The position numbers and the translations under genes are program-made. Below, one piece after another: positions 10,241 to 19,687 of a stretch of 64,000 bases of DNA. Source of the DNA: an uncultured Acidobacteriota bacterium (GTDB taxonomy: Bacteria > Acidobacteriota > Terriglobia > Acidiferrales > UBA7541); the NCBI GenBank assembly GCA_963790855.1, contig CAWBPZ010000007.1:236949-300948 (forward strand), written 5' to 3'. Below the pieces are notes generated by a model. The model was not told where the DNA came from. It searched no databases and worked only from the letters and a program-made list of their open reading frames with translations. Position 1 is the stretch's first letter. Every line of letters starts with the position of its first letter.

Positions 10241-11674
10241 ATGAAACGCCTGACAATTTGGAATTTCTTGCTACTGATTATTTCTATGGGAGCGCTGTGG
10301 CCGACTGTGGTGGCGTCGCAGACGGTTCCTGCTGCGGGATCCGCACAACAGCACGAGCAGCACGGGACAGGGCAAGCGCGCTCGGCGCAAGAAGGGCATT
10401 CGCCCGAGCCTGGGCTGACGCTGGAACAATTGCAAGAGATGGCTCTGGCAAATAATCCGACCTTGGCGCAGGCGAAGGCTGGAGTGCGCGCGGCAGAAGG
10501 CCGTTCGCGACAGGCAGGGCTGTGGCCGAATCCTACGATCGGATACAGCGGCGACGAAATTCGTGGTGGGTCTTACGGCGGCGGGGAGCAGGGCGCGTTC
10601 GTGCAGCAGAACGTGATTTTGGGCGGCAAGCTGGGACTTGACCGGAAGATTTTTGATGCGGAAGGAAAGCAGGCGACGGCTGAAGCGGATGAGCAGCGAT
10701 TGCGAGTGGAAAACGGAGTGCGGATTGCGTTCTATCAATCGCTGGCGATGCAGGCGATGGTGGAGACACGCGAGAAATTGCGCGATATCGCGAAGGACGC
10801 GGCGGAAACCACGCGTCAGCTTTTCAATGTGGGACAGGCGGACCAGCCGGACGTGTTGGAAGCGGACGTGGAGGCGGATCAGGATGAGCTGGCGGTGATC
10901 ACGGAAGAGCAAGAGCAGCGGCGGGCTTGGAGCGTGCTGGCTGCGGTGGTGGGCAAGCCGGATTTTCCTTTGGCGCATCTGCAGGGCGATTTGGAAAAAT
11001 TGCCGGAAGTGAATGCGGAGCAAATATTGCAGACAATTTTGCGCGACAGCCCGGCGGTGAAGATTGCGCAGCTGGGCGTGACCCGGGCGGAAGCGGAGAT
11101 GCAGCGCGCGCAGCACGAATCCATTCCGGATTTATTTTTGCGCGCGGGTTATGCGTACAGTTTCGAGCAGCTGGGGACTGCGCCGGCGAAAGCGGTGGGT
11201 TCGGAAGCGTTTGCGGAGGTGGGGGTGAATCTGCCGATTTTCAATCGCAACCAGGGAAATATTGCGGCCGCGGATGCGGATCGCGAGCGCGCGACGCTGG
11301 AGGTGCAACGCGTCGGGTTGGTGTTGCGGCAGATGGCGGCGCCGATCGTGCAGAATTACGCGAGTTCGCGGGCGATCGCGGAAAAATATAAGAGCAGAAC
11401 GCTGCCGAATGCGCGACAGGCTTACCAGCTCTATCTGCGGAAATATCACGAGGGTGCGGCGGCGTATCCTCAAGTGTTGATTGCGCAGCGAACGCTGGTG
11501 CAATTGGAGACCAGTTATATCAACACGCTGGAAAATGTGTGGATCAACGCGGCGGCGCTGCAGGGATTGCTGCTGACGGATGGATTGGACTTGCCGGCGA
11601 CGCCTGGCGAGCTGGATCGTCCGGTGCGGGAAATTAATTTGCCGATCACCGAGAATCCAGGGACGCGGCCGTGA
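10241..11674 (+). CDS. TolC-family outer membrane efflux protein (CzcC/CusC-like)
   Basis: Signal peptide (MKRLTIWNFLLLIISMGALW) and LTLEQLQEMALANNPTLAQAKAGVRAAEG, typical of the OMF family. ATG 10241 lies 7 nt after GGGAGA. Confidence 0.8.
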   Translation: MKRLTIWNFLLLIISMGALWPTVVASQTVPAAGSAQQHEQHGTGQARSAQEGHSPEPGLTLEQLQEMALANNPTLAQAKAGVRAAEGRSRQAGLWPNPTIGYSGDEIRGGSYGGGEQGAFVQQNVILGGKLGLDRKIFDAEGKQATAEADEQRLRVENGVRIAFYQSLAMQAMVETREKLRDIAKDAAETTRQLFNVGQADQPDVLEADVEADQDELAVITEEQEQRRAWSVLAAVVGKPDFPLAHLQGDLEKLPEVNAEQILQTILRDSPAVKIAQLGVTRAEAEMQRAQHESIPDLFLRAGYAYSFEQLGTAPAKAVGSEAFAEVGVNLPIFNRNQGNIAAADADRERATLEVQRVGLVLRQMAAPIVQNYASSRAIAEKYKSRTLPNARQAYQLYLRKYHEGAAAYPQVLIAQRTLVQLETSYINTLENVWINAAALQGLLLTDGLDLPATPGELDRPVREINLPITENPGTRP

Positions 11675-11800
11675 GTAACGTTGGTTTTCGCGCGATTCGT
11701 TATAGGACGAATCACGTATCGGGCGACGCATCTTGTGATAATGTTCGGCGCGAGCGTCGGTGCAATCGATCTCGCTGAGATTGGAACAAGGAGATGGCGC

Positions 11801-12745
11801 GTGGAGACATTTTTTCTGCTGGTTATTGGAGTGATTGCTTTTTTTGTACTGAGCGTGTTTCTGGGATCGTTTTTCACGGTGCAGACGGCGCAGGTGGCGA
11901 TTGTGCAGAGGCTCGGGAAGTTTGCGCGGGTGGCGGGGCCGGGATTGAATTGGAAGACGCCGTATCTGGAGACGGTGGTGCAGCGCATGAGCATGAAAGT
12001 GCAGCAGTTTGACGTGCAGGTGGAAACGAAGACGCAGGACAACGTGTTCGTGCAGATACCGGTTTCGATTCAGTACAAGGTCATGCCGGACGCGGTGGAA
12101 TCGGCGTTTTATAAGTTGTCGGACCCGGTGAAACAGATCGAGTCGATGGTTTACAACGTAGTGCTGGGGCACGTGCCGAAGATGAAATTGGACGATACAT
12201 TTTTGAACCAGGCGGATATTGCGGGGGATTTGCGGGACAACCTGGACGCTTCGATGAAGGAGTACGGGTATTCGATCGTGAAGGTTTTGATCTCGGACAT
12301 CGTGCCGGACCAGAAAGTGAAGGCGGCGATGAACGATATCAATGCGGCGCAGCGGGAACGGGAGGCGACTGTGTCGCGCGCGGAAACGAATAAATTATTG
12401 CTCGTGAAGCAGGCGGAAGCGGAGGCGGAATCGAAACGGCTGCAGGGCGAGGGGATTGCGAATCAGCGCAAGGCGATTATCGCGGGGTTGAAGGATTCGG
12501 TAGAGGATTTCGCGAAGACGGTGCCGGGTTCGACGCCGCAGGATGTGATGCAGCTGGTTTTGATGACGCAGTATTTCGATACTTTGAAAGAGGTGGCGGC
12601 GAACGACCACACGAATACGATTCTGATTCCGCACACGCCGAATACTTTGACGGATATTTTCTCGCAGATTCGCAATGCGATCATTGTGGGGAACGAGTTG
12701 GGGCATCATCCGGCGGGTGCGCCGGCGGTGGATGCGCAGAAGTGA
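11801..12745 (+). CDS. SPFH/band-7 (stomatin/prohibitin-like) membrane protein
   Basis: N-terminal TM helix, then the SPFH core VAIVQRLGKFARVAGPGLNWKTPY...VQIPVSIQYKV. The in-frame GTG at 11801 lies 7 nt after AAGGAG. Confidence 0.8.
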   Translation: METFFLLVIGVIAFFVLSVFLGSFFTVQTAQVAIVQRLGKFARVAGPGLNWKTPYLETVVQRMSMKVQQFDVQVETKTQDNVFVQIPVSIQYKVMPDAVESAFYKLSDPVKQIESMVYNVVLGHVPKMKLDDTFLNQADIAGDLRDNLDASMKEYGYSIVKVLISDIVPDQKVKAAMNDINAAQREREATVSRAETNKLLLVKQAEAEAESKRLQGEGIANQRKAIIAGLKDSVEDFAKTVPGSTPQDVMQLVLMTQYFDTLKEVAANDHTNTILIPHTPNTLTDIFSQIRNAIIVGNELGHHPAGAPAVDAQK

Positions 12746-12866
12746 ACTGCGGCGACGGTGGGATGGTCGTCCGGACAAAGAGCGGGAGAGTTCCTTCGCC
12801 CGGCTTGAAACAAAGGCACCGGGCTCAGGATGACGGCTTAAAGGCAGAGGCTAAGACAAGAAGAGA

Positions 12867-14384
12867 TTAACGGACTTCGATTAGGACCAGCGCGTCGGGC
12901 GCGAGTGGCAATGCGATTTGCCCGTTGTGGATGACCAATTTTTCTGGCGCGGGTAGTTGGGCAGCTTGGCGCAGGGTTTGGATTTGGGCTTGCGTCGGAT
13001 AGGCAGGGCTGTTCATTTCGGCATAGGCTTTGAGCAGGGAGCCGTGATCGGCGTCCACGCGATAGATTGTGGCTTTCTTGCGGCCTGTTAGTGAATTCAA
13101 CCGCAGTGCTACTTCTTTTGCTTCGCCTCCTCCTCCAACTACAGGGGTATTCCAGAGCGCAATCACGATCGTGCCATCGGCGCGGCGGGTGACGAGAATA
13201 TCGTCGCCATTGGCGGGTATTCTGGTTTCGCCGAGTCGGTGGAGGAGTTTGAACGCGTTGAAGGCTGGCTTGGGGAGGGCGTCTTCCGCGATCAGGCCGT
13301 AGCCGCCGTAGAAGGGGCGCTTTAGTACGCCTTGTTCTTCGAAGACATCCGAGAAGGTCCAGTAGCTCATCATGTCTACGAGGCCGTCGCACTGGCGGAT
13401 GGTGTCGGCCATCCAGGGGCCCATGTAGGTGGAGTCGGTGACGTCGGGCTCGTTCATGTAACTGGCGTTGAACTCGCTCCAGATGAGCGGGAGATGCGGG
13501 CGAGCGGAGGCGGCGATCTGATCGTGAACTTTGCGGACGGCGCGGCAGACCATTTGGGTGCGGGGGATTTGTTCCTGGGTGCCGAAGACGTCGGGAGCGG
13601 AATCGTTGCCGTAAACGTGGGTGGAGACGAAATCCACCGGGACGTTGTCTTTTACCGTGTGCTGAATGAAACGATCGGCCCATGCGGCTTGGGCGGTGGC
13701 GGGGCCGCCGATGCGCAGGCGGGGGCTGACTTCTTTAAGAGCGCGGGCGGCGGAATCGTAGAGCTGGAAGTAGGTTTCTTGTCGTGGAGTGCCCGCCCAG
13801 AAATCGATGTTGGGTTCGTTCCAGACTTCGAAATACCACTGCGAGACTTCATCGAGGCCGTAGCGGTCCACCAGGTGTTGGGCGAACTGGCGGACAAGTT
13901 CGCCCCATTTTTCGTAACTCTTCGGTGGCGAGACGTTGGGCTTGTACCAGAAATCCTGATATTTCGGTTCGGCGGCGAGCTTTTTGGGCATGAAGCTGAG
14001 TTCGACGAAGGGGCGCACGCCGGCTTGCAACAGGCCGTCGTAGATCTGGTCGACGTAGGAGAAATTGTAGATTGGCTTTCCGGCGGAGTCCTCGTCGTAC
14101 ACGCCGACTTCATCGTGGAAGATCGCGTGGAAGCGGATGTATTTGAAATCGGTGGCGGCTTTCACTTCGCGCAGGTCGTCGCGATAGCTTTGACGCAGGG
14201 AGAGGATGGCGCGGCCTGAGCCGAACATCCGTTCCCAGAAGTGGGGGAAGGGTTGGGCTGGGGCGCGCAGGTCAATTTGGATTGTTTCGGCGGCGGGCTG
14301 GGGATTTTGTGATGAGGGTTGCTGCGCGGATGCTGCTAGCGCGAACGCGGCGATCAGGGACCACACCAGGAACGTCTGCTTCAT
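12867..14384 (-). CDS. Secreted glycoside hydrolase family 39 (beta-xylosidase-like)
   Basis: Signal peptide MKQTFLVWSLIAAFALAASAQQ, IRFHAIFHDEVGVY, and WYFEVWNEPN (the GH39 acid/base region). Confidence 0.75.
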   Translation of the reverse strand: MKQTFLVWSLIAAFALAASAQQPSSQNPQPAAETIQIDLRAPAQPFPHFWERMFGSGRAILSLRQSYRDDLREVKAATDFKYIRFHAIFHDEVGVYDEDSAGKPIYNFSYVDQIYDGLLQAGVRPFVELSFMPKKLAAEPKYQDFWYKPNVSPPKSYEKWGELVRQFAQHLVDRYGLDEVSQWYFEVWNEPNIDFWAGTPRQETYFQLYDSAARALKEVSPRLRIGGPATAQAAWADRFIQHTVKDNVPVDFVSTHVYGNDSAPDVFGTQEQIPRTQMVCRAVRKVHDQIAASARPHLPLIWSEFNASYMNEPDVTDSTYMGPWMADTIRQCDGLVDMMSYWTFSDVFEEQGVLKRPFYGGYGLIAEDALPKPAFNAFKLLHRLGETRIPANGDDILVTRRADGTIVIALWNTPVVGGGGEAKEVALRLNSLTGRKKATIYRVDADHGSLLKAYAEMNSPAYPTQAQIQTLRQAAQLPAPEKLVIHNGQIALPLAPDALVLIEVR

Positions 14385-14610
14385 CCCGTGAAACCTCACA
14401 GAAAACGAACGAGCGGCGGCAGAAGTAATAGGATGGCACAAGTTCTGGTGCTGCCCCAATATTTTCTGGCTTTTGCGCTTCGTCGTGCGGCCCGGTTAGC
14501 GGGGCGGCGCAGAGGAAGGCGCTAAACATACGCTCCTGTCGGGGGTATCATTAACCGGCGCGTCCCCCGGCGCGATTGACAGCAGAGGACAATTCGGGAC
14601 AAATCGGGAT

Positions 14611-16107
14611 ATGGGTTCGACAGAATCAAGCCCTCGAGCGAATCGGCGCCTGGACACCTGGAAAGAGATCGGCGCGTTCTTTGGTCGCGACGAGCGGACG
14701 GTAAAGCGCTGGGAGACGACGCGCGGGCTGCCGGTACATCGTGTGCCTGGCGCGGGCCGTGCGAATGTGTACGCCTATACGGACGAACTGGCGGAGTGGC
14801 TGGACAGTGCAAAGATCGCGGGCGAGCAAGAAACTGAGTCAAATTCCGACGCCCTGAACGAAATTGCCGCCGGTGCCGAAGCAGAGACAAATGCCGAGAC
14901 CGGCGCTGAGGCCGGCAGCGATGCACGCGGGAATGCGGGGTTCATTGACAGGCGCGTGGGAGAACGGCGGAGCGGAGCTCACCGCTCCGTGCGGGAGCAC
15001 AGCTGGCCTGCGGGACGATATCTGGCGATCCTGATGGCGGTATTGTTGGCGGCGTTACTGGCGGTGACGGTGGTGCGGCGGGCTTCTTCGGCGCGCGCGG
15101 TGCGCACGACGCCGGCGGTCGCGCGGCACCACACGCCGGATCCAGAGGCGGAGCAGCTTTACCTGAAGGGGATTTACTACTGGCAGAAACGCACGCCGGA
15201 GACGTTGAATCAGGCTGTCGATTACTTCACGCAGGCAGTGGTGCGCGATCCGCAGTATGCGGAAGCCTATGTGGGGCTGGCGAATTGTTACAACCTGCTG
15301 CGCGAGTATTCGTTGATGCCGGCCAGCGAAGCTTATCCGCGCGCGCAGGCGGCCGCACAGCGCGCGATCGTGTTGGATGATTCGCTTTCCGGAGCGCACA
15401 GCGCCCTGGCGTTCGTCGATTTTTACTGGTTGTGGGACGCGGCGGCAGCGCAGCGGGAGTTTGTGCGGGCGCTGACGCTGGATCCGAACTCGTCCGTGGC
15501 ACACTACTGGTACGGAACGTTCCTGTTGCATCTGGGCCGATATTCGGAATCGCTGGAAGAAATTGAAAAAGCCCAGAAGCTGGATCCCAACTCCAAATCC
15601 ATTCTGGCGGACAAGGGACTGGTGCTATTCCACGCCGGCGAGACGGCGCAGGCAGCCGAACTGCTGAAGCAGCTGGCAGCCGCGGAGCCGGATTTTCTCT
15701 CTCCGCACAATTACCTGGCGACCGTGTACCTGGGACAAGGCGAATATCCGCAATACCTGGCGGAGTCCAGGAAGGCCGCGACGCTGCTGCACGATCAGGC
15801 GCGGTTGGAAATTGTGAGCGCCGGTGAGAAGGGCTTGGCCCGTAGCGGAACGCAGGGAATGTGGAGCGACATGCTGAAGGTGCAGCAGCGGCTGCACGCG
15901 GACGGCAAGGAGACGGCTTACAATCTGGCCCGGACGAGCGCGTCGCTGGGAAGAAAGCAGGGAGCGCTGGACTATCTGCAGACTGCTTACCAGGAGCGGG
16001 AGCCGGAGCTTGTGACGATGCGGGTGGAGATGCAGTTTGCCAGCTTGCACGATGAACCTCGTTTTCGGGAGCTCCTGACTAAAGTAGGGTTGCCGCCACT
16101 GCCGTAA
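14611..16107 (+). CDS. Membrane-anchored HTH / TPR-repeat protein
   Basis: N-terminal DTWKEIGAFFGRDERTVKRWETTRGLPVHRV (excisionase/MerR-like HTH), one TM helix (YLAILMAVLLAALLAVTVV), and C-terminal TPR-like repeats. Confidence 0.65.
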   Translation: MGSTESSPRANRRLDTWKEIGAFFGRDERTVKRWETTRGLPVHRVPGAGRANVYAYTDELAEWLDSAKIAGEQETESNSDALNEIAAGAEAETNAETGAEAGSDARGNAGFIDRRVGERRSGAHRSVREHSWPAGRYLAILMAVLLAALLAVTVVRRASSARAVRTTPAVARHHTPDPEAEQLYLKGIYYWQKRTPETLNQAVDYFTQAVVRDPQYAEAYVGLANCYNLLREYSLMPASEAYPRAQAAAQRAIVLDDSLSGAHSALAFVDFYWLWDAAAAQREFVRALTLDPNSSVAHYWYGTFLLHLGRYSESLEEIEKAQKLDPNSKSILADKGLVLFHAGETAQAAELLKQLAAAEPDFLSPHNYLATVYLGQGEYPQYLAESRKAATLLHDQARLEIVSAGEKGLARSGTQGMWSDMLKVQQRLHADGKETAYNLARTSASLGRKQGALDYLQTAYQEREPELVTMRVEMQFASLHDEPRFRELLTKVGLPPLP

Positions 16108-16226
16108 AGTCTCTCCCGCATCCGGCGGAGATTGAGCCAGCTCGCCTGGGGCGCGAGCTTGTGCACTGCGGGAAGGCGGCGGGCACAGGCGGCGCGGGCG
16201 GCGAAAAAAAAAGATTTGCGGCGCGC

Positions 16227-16255
16227 TTGACAAAGCAGCGGGGCTGCAGTTTAAT
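16227..16255 (+). promoter_or_regulatory. Sigma70-type promoter: TTGACA, 17-nt spacer, TTTAAT
   Basis: TTGACA at 16227-16232, a 17-nt spacer, and TTTAAT at 16250-16255. The predicted TSS near 16262 lies just before the first dyad. Confidence 0.5.
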
Positions 16256-16264
16256 CCTTCCTCC

Positions 16265-16285
16265 AGTTGTAAGCCAGTTGCAACT
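16265..16285 (+). promoter_or_regulatory. Dyad repeat copy 1: AGTTGTAA-gccag-TTGCAACT
   Basis: First of three copies of the same 21-bp element. Its right half, AGTTGCAACT, is itself a perfect 10-bp palindrome. Confidence 0.6.
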
Positions 16286-16323
16286 AGAGAAGTGCCGAAA
16301 ACGTTCTGATTTGGTTGTTTTTC

Positions 16324-16344
16324 AGTTGTAATTCATTTGCAAGT
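16324..16344 (+). promoter_or_regulatory. Dyad repeat copy 2: AGTTGTAA-ttcat-TTGCAAGT
   Basis: Second copy, 59 bp centre-to-centre from copy 1, with one mismatch. Confidence 0.55.
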
Positions 16345-16378
16345 AGAAATGCGGCGGTGAAGATCTGTTTTGTTCTCT

Positions 16379-16399
16379 AGTTGTAAGTGTGTTGCAACT
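16379..16399 (+). promoter_or_regulatory. Dyad repeat copy 3: AGTTGTAA-gtgtg-TTGCAACT (extends to CTAG...CTAG)
   Basis: Third copy, 55 bp from copy 2. It ends 22 nt before ATG 16422, and AGGAG lies at 16412-16416. Confidence 0.6.
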
Positions 16400-16421
16400 A
16401 GGATTTTCGGCCAGGAGATTT

Positions 16422-17345
16422 ATGATTCGCTCAACTCGCAATCCGGCTCGATTTCCTGCTCGCGTTTCGGTTCACGTTCTGTTGCGTTCCGTGCTGGTTG
16501 CCTGCTCGCTGCTTCTTGTTTTGTTGCCGCGGGCACGCGCGCAGGAGCCGCCCTACTTCGTCACGTATTCGTCGGCGTTGGAGGAGCCGGGCAACCTGGA
16601 AATTTCCCTCAAGAACACGCAGGCTGCGCCGGCCAATGCGAATGCGTTCCTGGGCACGGCTCTGGAATTCGAGTACGGGGTGAAAGGTTGGTGGACGACG
16701 GAATTTTATCTGGACGGACAGGCCACCAAGAACGACTCAACGATTTTCACGGGCTTCCGTTGGGAGAATCGTTTTCGGCCGCTGTTGCGCGAACACTTCA
16801 TCAATCCGGTGCTGTACGTGGAATACGAGAACACCAACCGCGCGGACCGCAGCCTGCTGGAAATTGTGGGGCACGACAGCATCGCGGACCTGGCGATACC
16901 GAACGCGGTGGCGAGGCAAGAAATCGAGCGGGAGATGGAACTGAAGCTGATTTTATCCACCAATACGCACGGATGGAATTTTTCTGAGAATTTCATTGCG
17001 GAAAAAGACCTGAACGAAAGCGAGCCTTGGGAATTCGGCTATGCGTTGGGAGCGAGCCGGCCGTTGAGCTTGATCTCGCGCGGCAAGACGTGTTTTTGGT
17101 GTCGCGAGAATTTCGCGGTGGGCGCGGAATTGTACGGTGGGCTGGGAACCACCGACGGATTTGGGTGGAAGGCAACTTCGCAATATCTGGGACCTACGGT
17201 GAGTTTTGACATTCCGCGCGGGCCGACGATTCTTTTTTCGCCGCAGTTTGGATTGAACGACAACAGCGCGCATGTGCTTTACCGGTTTTCGGTTTCCTAT
17301 GAGGTGCAGCAGGTATGGAACATGTTCCGGCGGAAAAACGAATGA
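16422..17345 (+). CDS. Putative outer-membrane beta-barrel protein (unknown family)
   Basis: Signal peptide ending ARAQEP, alternating amphipathic strands (LEFEYGVKGWWTTEFYLDGQ, VLYRFSVSYEV) and an internal CFWC. ATG 16422 follows AGGAG. Confidence 0.55.
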   Translation: MIRSTRNPARFPARVSVHVLLRSVLVACSLLLVLLPRARAQEPPYFVTYSSALEEPGNLEISLKNTQAAPANANAFLGTALEFEYGVKGWWTTEFYLDGQATKNDSTIFTGFRWENRFRPLLREHFINPVLYVEYENTNRADRSLLEIVGHDSIADLAIPNAVARQEIEREMELKLILSTNTHGWNFSENFIAEKDLNESEPWEFGYALGASRPLSLISRGKTCFWCRENFAVGAELYGGLGTTDGFGWKATSQYLGPTVSFDIPRGPTILFSPQFGLNDNSAHVLYRFSVSYEVQQVWNMFRRKNE

Positions 17346-17827
17346 GCGGGCGACGAGTGAGCGAGAAGTTTTTGATTCGCTGGAGGGGCGCGATGCAACG
17401 CCGCAGGAATGCGTTTCGCGCGGTGGCGAGCCTGGGGGCGCTGATTTTTTGCATGGCGCTGGCGGATGGATCGTGGATGCAGAAGGTGCCGGCTGACTAC
17501 CACTCGAAGGTGAATCCTTACGCGGGGCAGGCGGAGGCGATAGCGGGCGGAGCCAAACTTTTCGCGGATCATTGCGCGAAGTGCCATGGCGCGGATGCGC
17601 TGGGGCGGCGGAAACGCCCCAGCCTGCGGAGTGAGCGCGTGCAGGTGCAGGCGACGGCAGGCGATATTTTCTGGCTGCTGAAGAACGGGAATTTGCGACG
17701 GGGCATGCCTACATGGAGCGCCATGCCGGAACCGTCGCGCTGGCAAGTCATCGCCTACGTTAAGAGTTTGGGTCCGGCGGCTGGTCCGGCGCCAGCTTTG
17801 AATTCAGCAGAGGAGAAATCGGAATGA
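17342..17827 (+). CDS. Monohaem c-type cytochrome
   Basis: CAKCHG haem motif and a distal Met region (GMPTWSAMP). ATG 17342 overlaps the upstream stop (ATGA). Confidence 0.75.
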   Translation: MSGRRVSEKFLIRWRGAMQRRRNAFRAVASLGALIFCMALADGSWMQKVPADYHSKVNPYAGQAEAIAGGAKLFADHCAKCHGADALGRRKRPSLRSERVQVQATAGDIFWLLKNGNLRRGMPTWSAMPEPSRWQVIAYVKSLGPAAGPAPALNSAEEKSE

Positions 17828-19497
17828 TTCGGCCGAAGGCATTGGTTTCCTGCGTTACAGCGGCGATGGTATTTCTGAGCGCGTGCTCTTCCGGGCAGGC
17901 GCCGCAATTCCCGACGGAGAACGACACGATCAACGCTTCGGAGCAGCAGATCGGCGAGCGGCTTTTTGTGGAAACGCGATTCGCGGAATATTTTGCGGCG
18001 CACATGACGGGAGTGAACGATCCGCTGGTGGCGGGCGATCCGGTGGTGGCGCAAGTGCTGACTAGCAGCGGGACTTTGCCCGGGCCCTTTGCAGGGGAAT
18101 CGATCAACTGCCGGTCGTGCCATTTCGTGGTGGAGTTTCAAGGAGTGGCAGGAGCGGGCAACCGCACTTATTCCGATTTCATTGACCACAGTCCATTGCC
18201 GCTGCCCATGGGAAATTTCACGGCGACGCCGCGCAATTCGATGCAGATGGTGGGTTCGCTGCAGTCGCGCACTGGGCCGACGTTCTTGCATTTTGACGGG
18301 CAGTTCAACGATCCCGCGGATTTGGTGAAAAGCACGCTTAGCGGCAGGAATTTTGGCTGGGGGCCGACACAGACGCAGCAGGCCATCGCGCATATCGCGA
18401 AAGTGATACGCGAAGATAACGGTATGAACGTTCCGGCGCAGGAATACGGCGAGAATCTTCCGTATTCGGTGATTTTTCTGGGGACGCGGCCGGGGATTCC
18501 GGCGGACGTGCAACTGGCGCCGCAGTACCGGCTGGATGTGACGACGGCGACGGACGATCAGGTCGTTGACCTGATTGCGAAGTTGATCGCGCAATATATG
18601 GCGGGCCTGCTGTTCAAGCAGGATCAGTTCGGGCGGTATTACGCTTCGCCATACGATGTGTTTTTGCGTATCAATCATCTGCCGGTCGAGCCGATGGCGG
18701 GGGAGAGCATCCCGCAATACAACCAGCGCTTGCTATCGCTGGTGAGCGGGATGAGTAATCCGATATTTGTGAATGGAAGCTACGGGCAATTCCAGTATCA
18801 CGCGCAGCCATTTCAATTTGGCGCGACGGAACTTGCCGGGCTGAAAATATTTCTGCGGGCGGCGAATAACGCGCCGGATGGTTCGCAGCACGCAGGCAAC
18901 TGCGCGGCGTGCCACATGGCGCCAAATTTTACGGACTTTCGTTTTCACAATACGGGCGTGACGCAGGAAGAATATGACAACGCGAATGGGACGGGTGCGT
19001 TCATGAATCTCGCTGTTCCTACTCTCGCGCAACGCACGCAGAATTTCGACCAGTACATGCCGGTTTCGGCGGCGCATCCAAATGCCACGGAACAATTCCG
19101 GCACCATGCGGTGGCAGGGCAGCCGAATTTCGCCGATTTGGGCTTGTGGAACATCTATCTGAATCCGGATGTGCCGAATCCGCAGACGGATCTGCAGACG
19201 GTGGTGTGCGCGAATGCGCAGAATTGCGCGGTGGATCAGGGACTGGCAACGACGATTGGGCAATTCAAGACGCCGATGTTGCGCGACCTGGAAGATTCGG
19301 CGCCTTATTTTCACAACGGGAGCAAATTGAAGTTCCCGGACGTGGTGCAATTTTACGTGCGGAGTTCGGCGCTGGCGCGAGCGGGCACTTTGCGCAACGC
19401 TCCGGTGGAATTTCAGGGGATGTCTTTGAGTGATAGCGACGTTGCGGCAGTGGCCGCCTTTTTGGCGTCGCTGACTGAGGATTACGACGACGCTTAG
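17824..19497 (+). CDS. Di-haem cytochrome c peroxidase/MauG-like lipoprotein (atypically long)
   Basis: Lipobox VFLSACSSG and two CxxCH motifs (CRSCHF and CAACHM) about 265 aa apart. The start overlaps the cytochrome c stop (ATGA). Confidence 0.75.
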   Translation: MIRPKALVSCVTAAMVFLSACSSGQAPQFPTENDTINASEQQIGERLFVETRFAEYFAAHMTGVNDPLVAGDPVVAQVLTSSGTLPGPFAGESINCRSCHFVVEFQGVAGAGNRTYSDFIDHSPLPLPMGNFTATPRNSMQMVGSLQSRTGPTFLHFDGQFNDPADLVKSTLSGRNFGWGPTQTQQAIAHIAKVIREDNGMNVPAQEYGENLPYSVIFLGTRPGIPADVQLAPQYRLDVTTATDDQVVDLIAKLIAQYMAGLLFKQDQFGRYYASPYDVFLRINHLPVEPMAGESIPQYNQRLLSLVSGMSNPIFVNGSYGQFQYHAQPFQFGATELAGLKIFLRAANNAPDGSQHAGNCAACHMAPNFTDFRFHNTGVTQEEYDNANGTGAFMNLAVPTLAQRTQNFDQYMPVSAAHPNATEQFRHHAVAGQPNFADLGLWNIYLNPDVPNPQTDLQTVVCANAQNCAVDQGLATTIGQFKTPMLRDLEDSAPYFHNGSKLKFPDVVQFYVRSSALARAGTLRNAPVEFQGMSLSDSDVAAVAAFLASLTEDYDDA

Positions 19498-19687
19498 AAA
19501 TTGGCGACTGTGGCGTCTGCCAGACTTTCTGGTCGCCAAGCAGGAAGCGAATTTACCTCTCTGTTACATCTGACCCACGAGACCCCGCGTAGAAAAGGCA
19601 GCGGAAGTTCCGCCGGGGCGGTTTCGCTCTTACCTGGTGCTCCCGCCGTATTTGAATTTAAAAAATCAGACAGGAGCGTGATCGAAT

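Noticed and set aside
12798-12824. A GCCCGG-15 nt-CCGGGC stem-loop between the convergent SPFH and GH39 genes, considered as a terminator.
   Set aside because: The stem is only 6 bp, the loop is large and there is no U-tract on either strand. The evidence is too weak to list as a feature.
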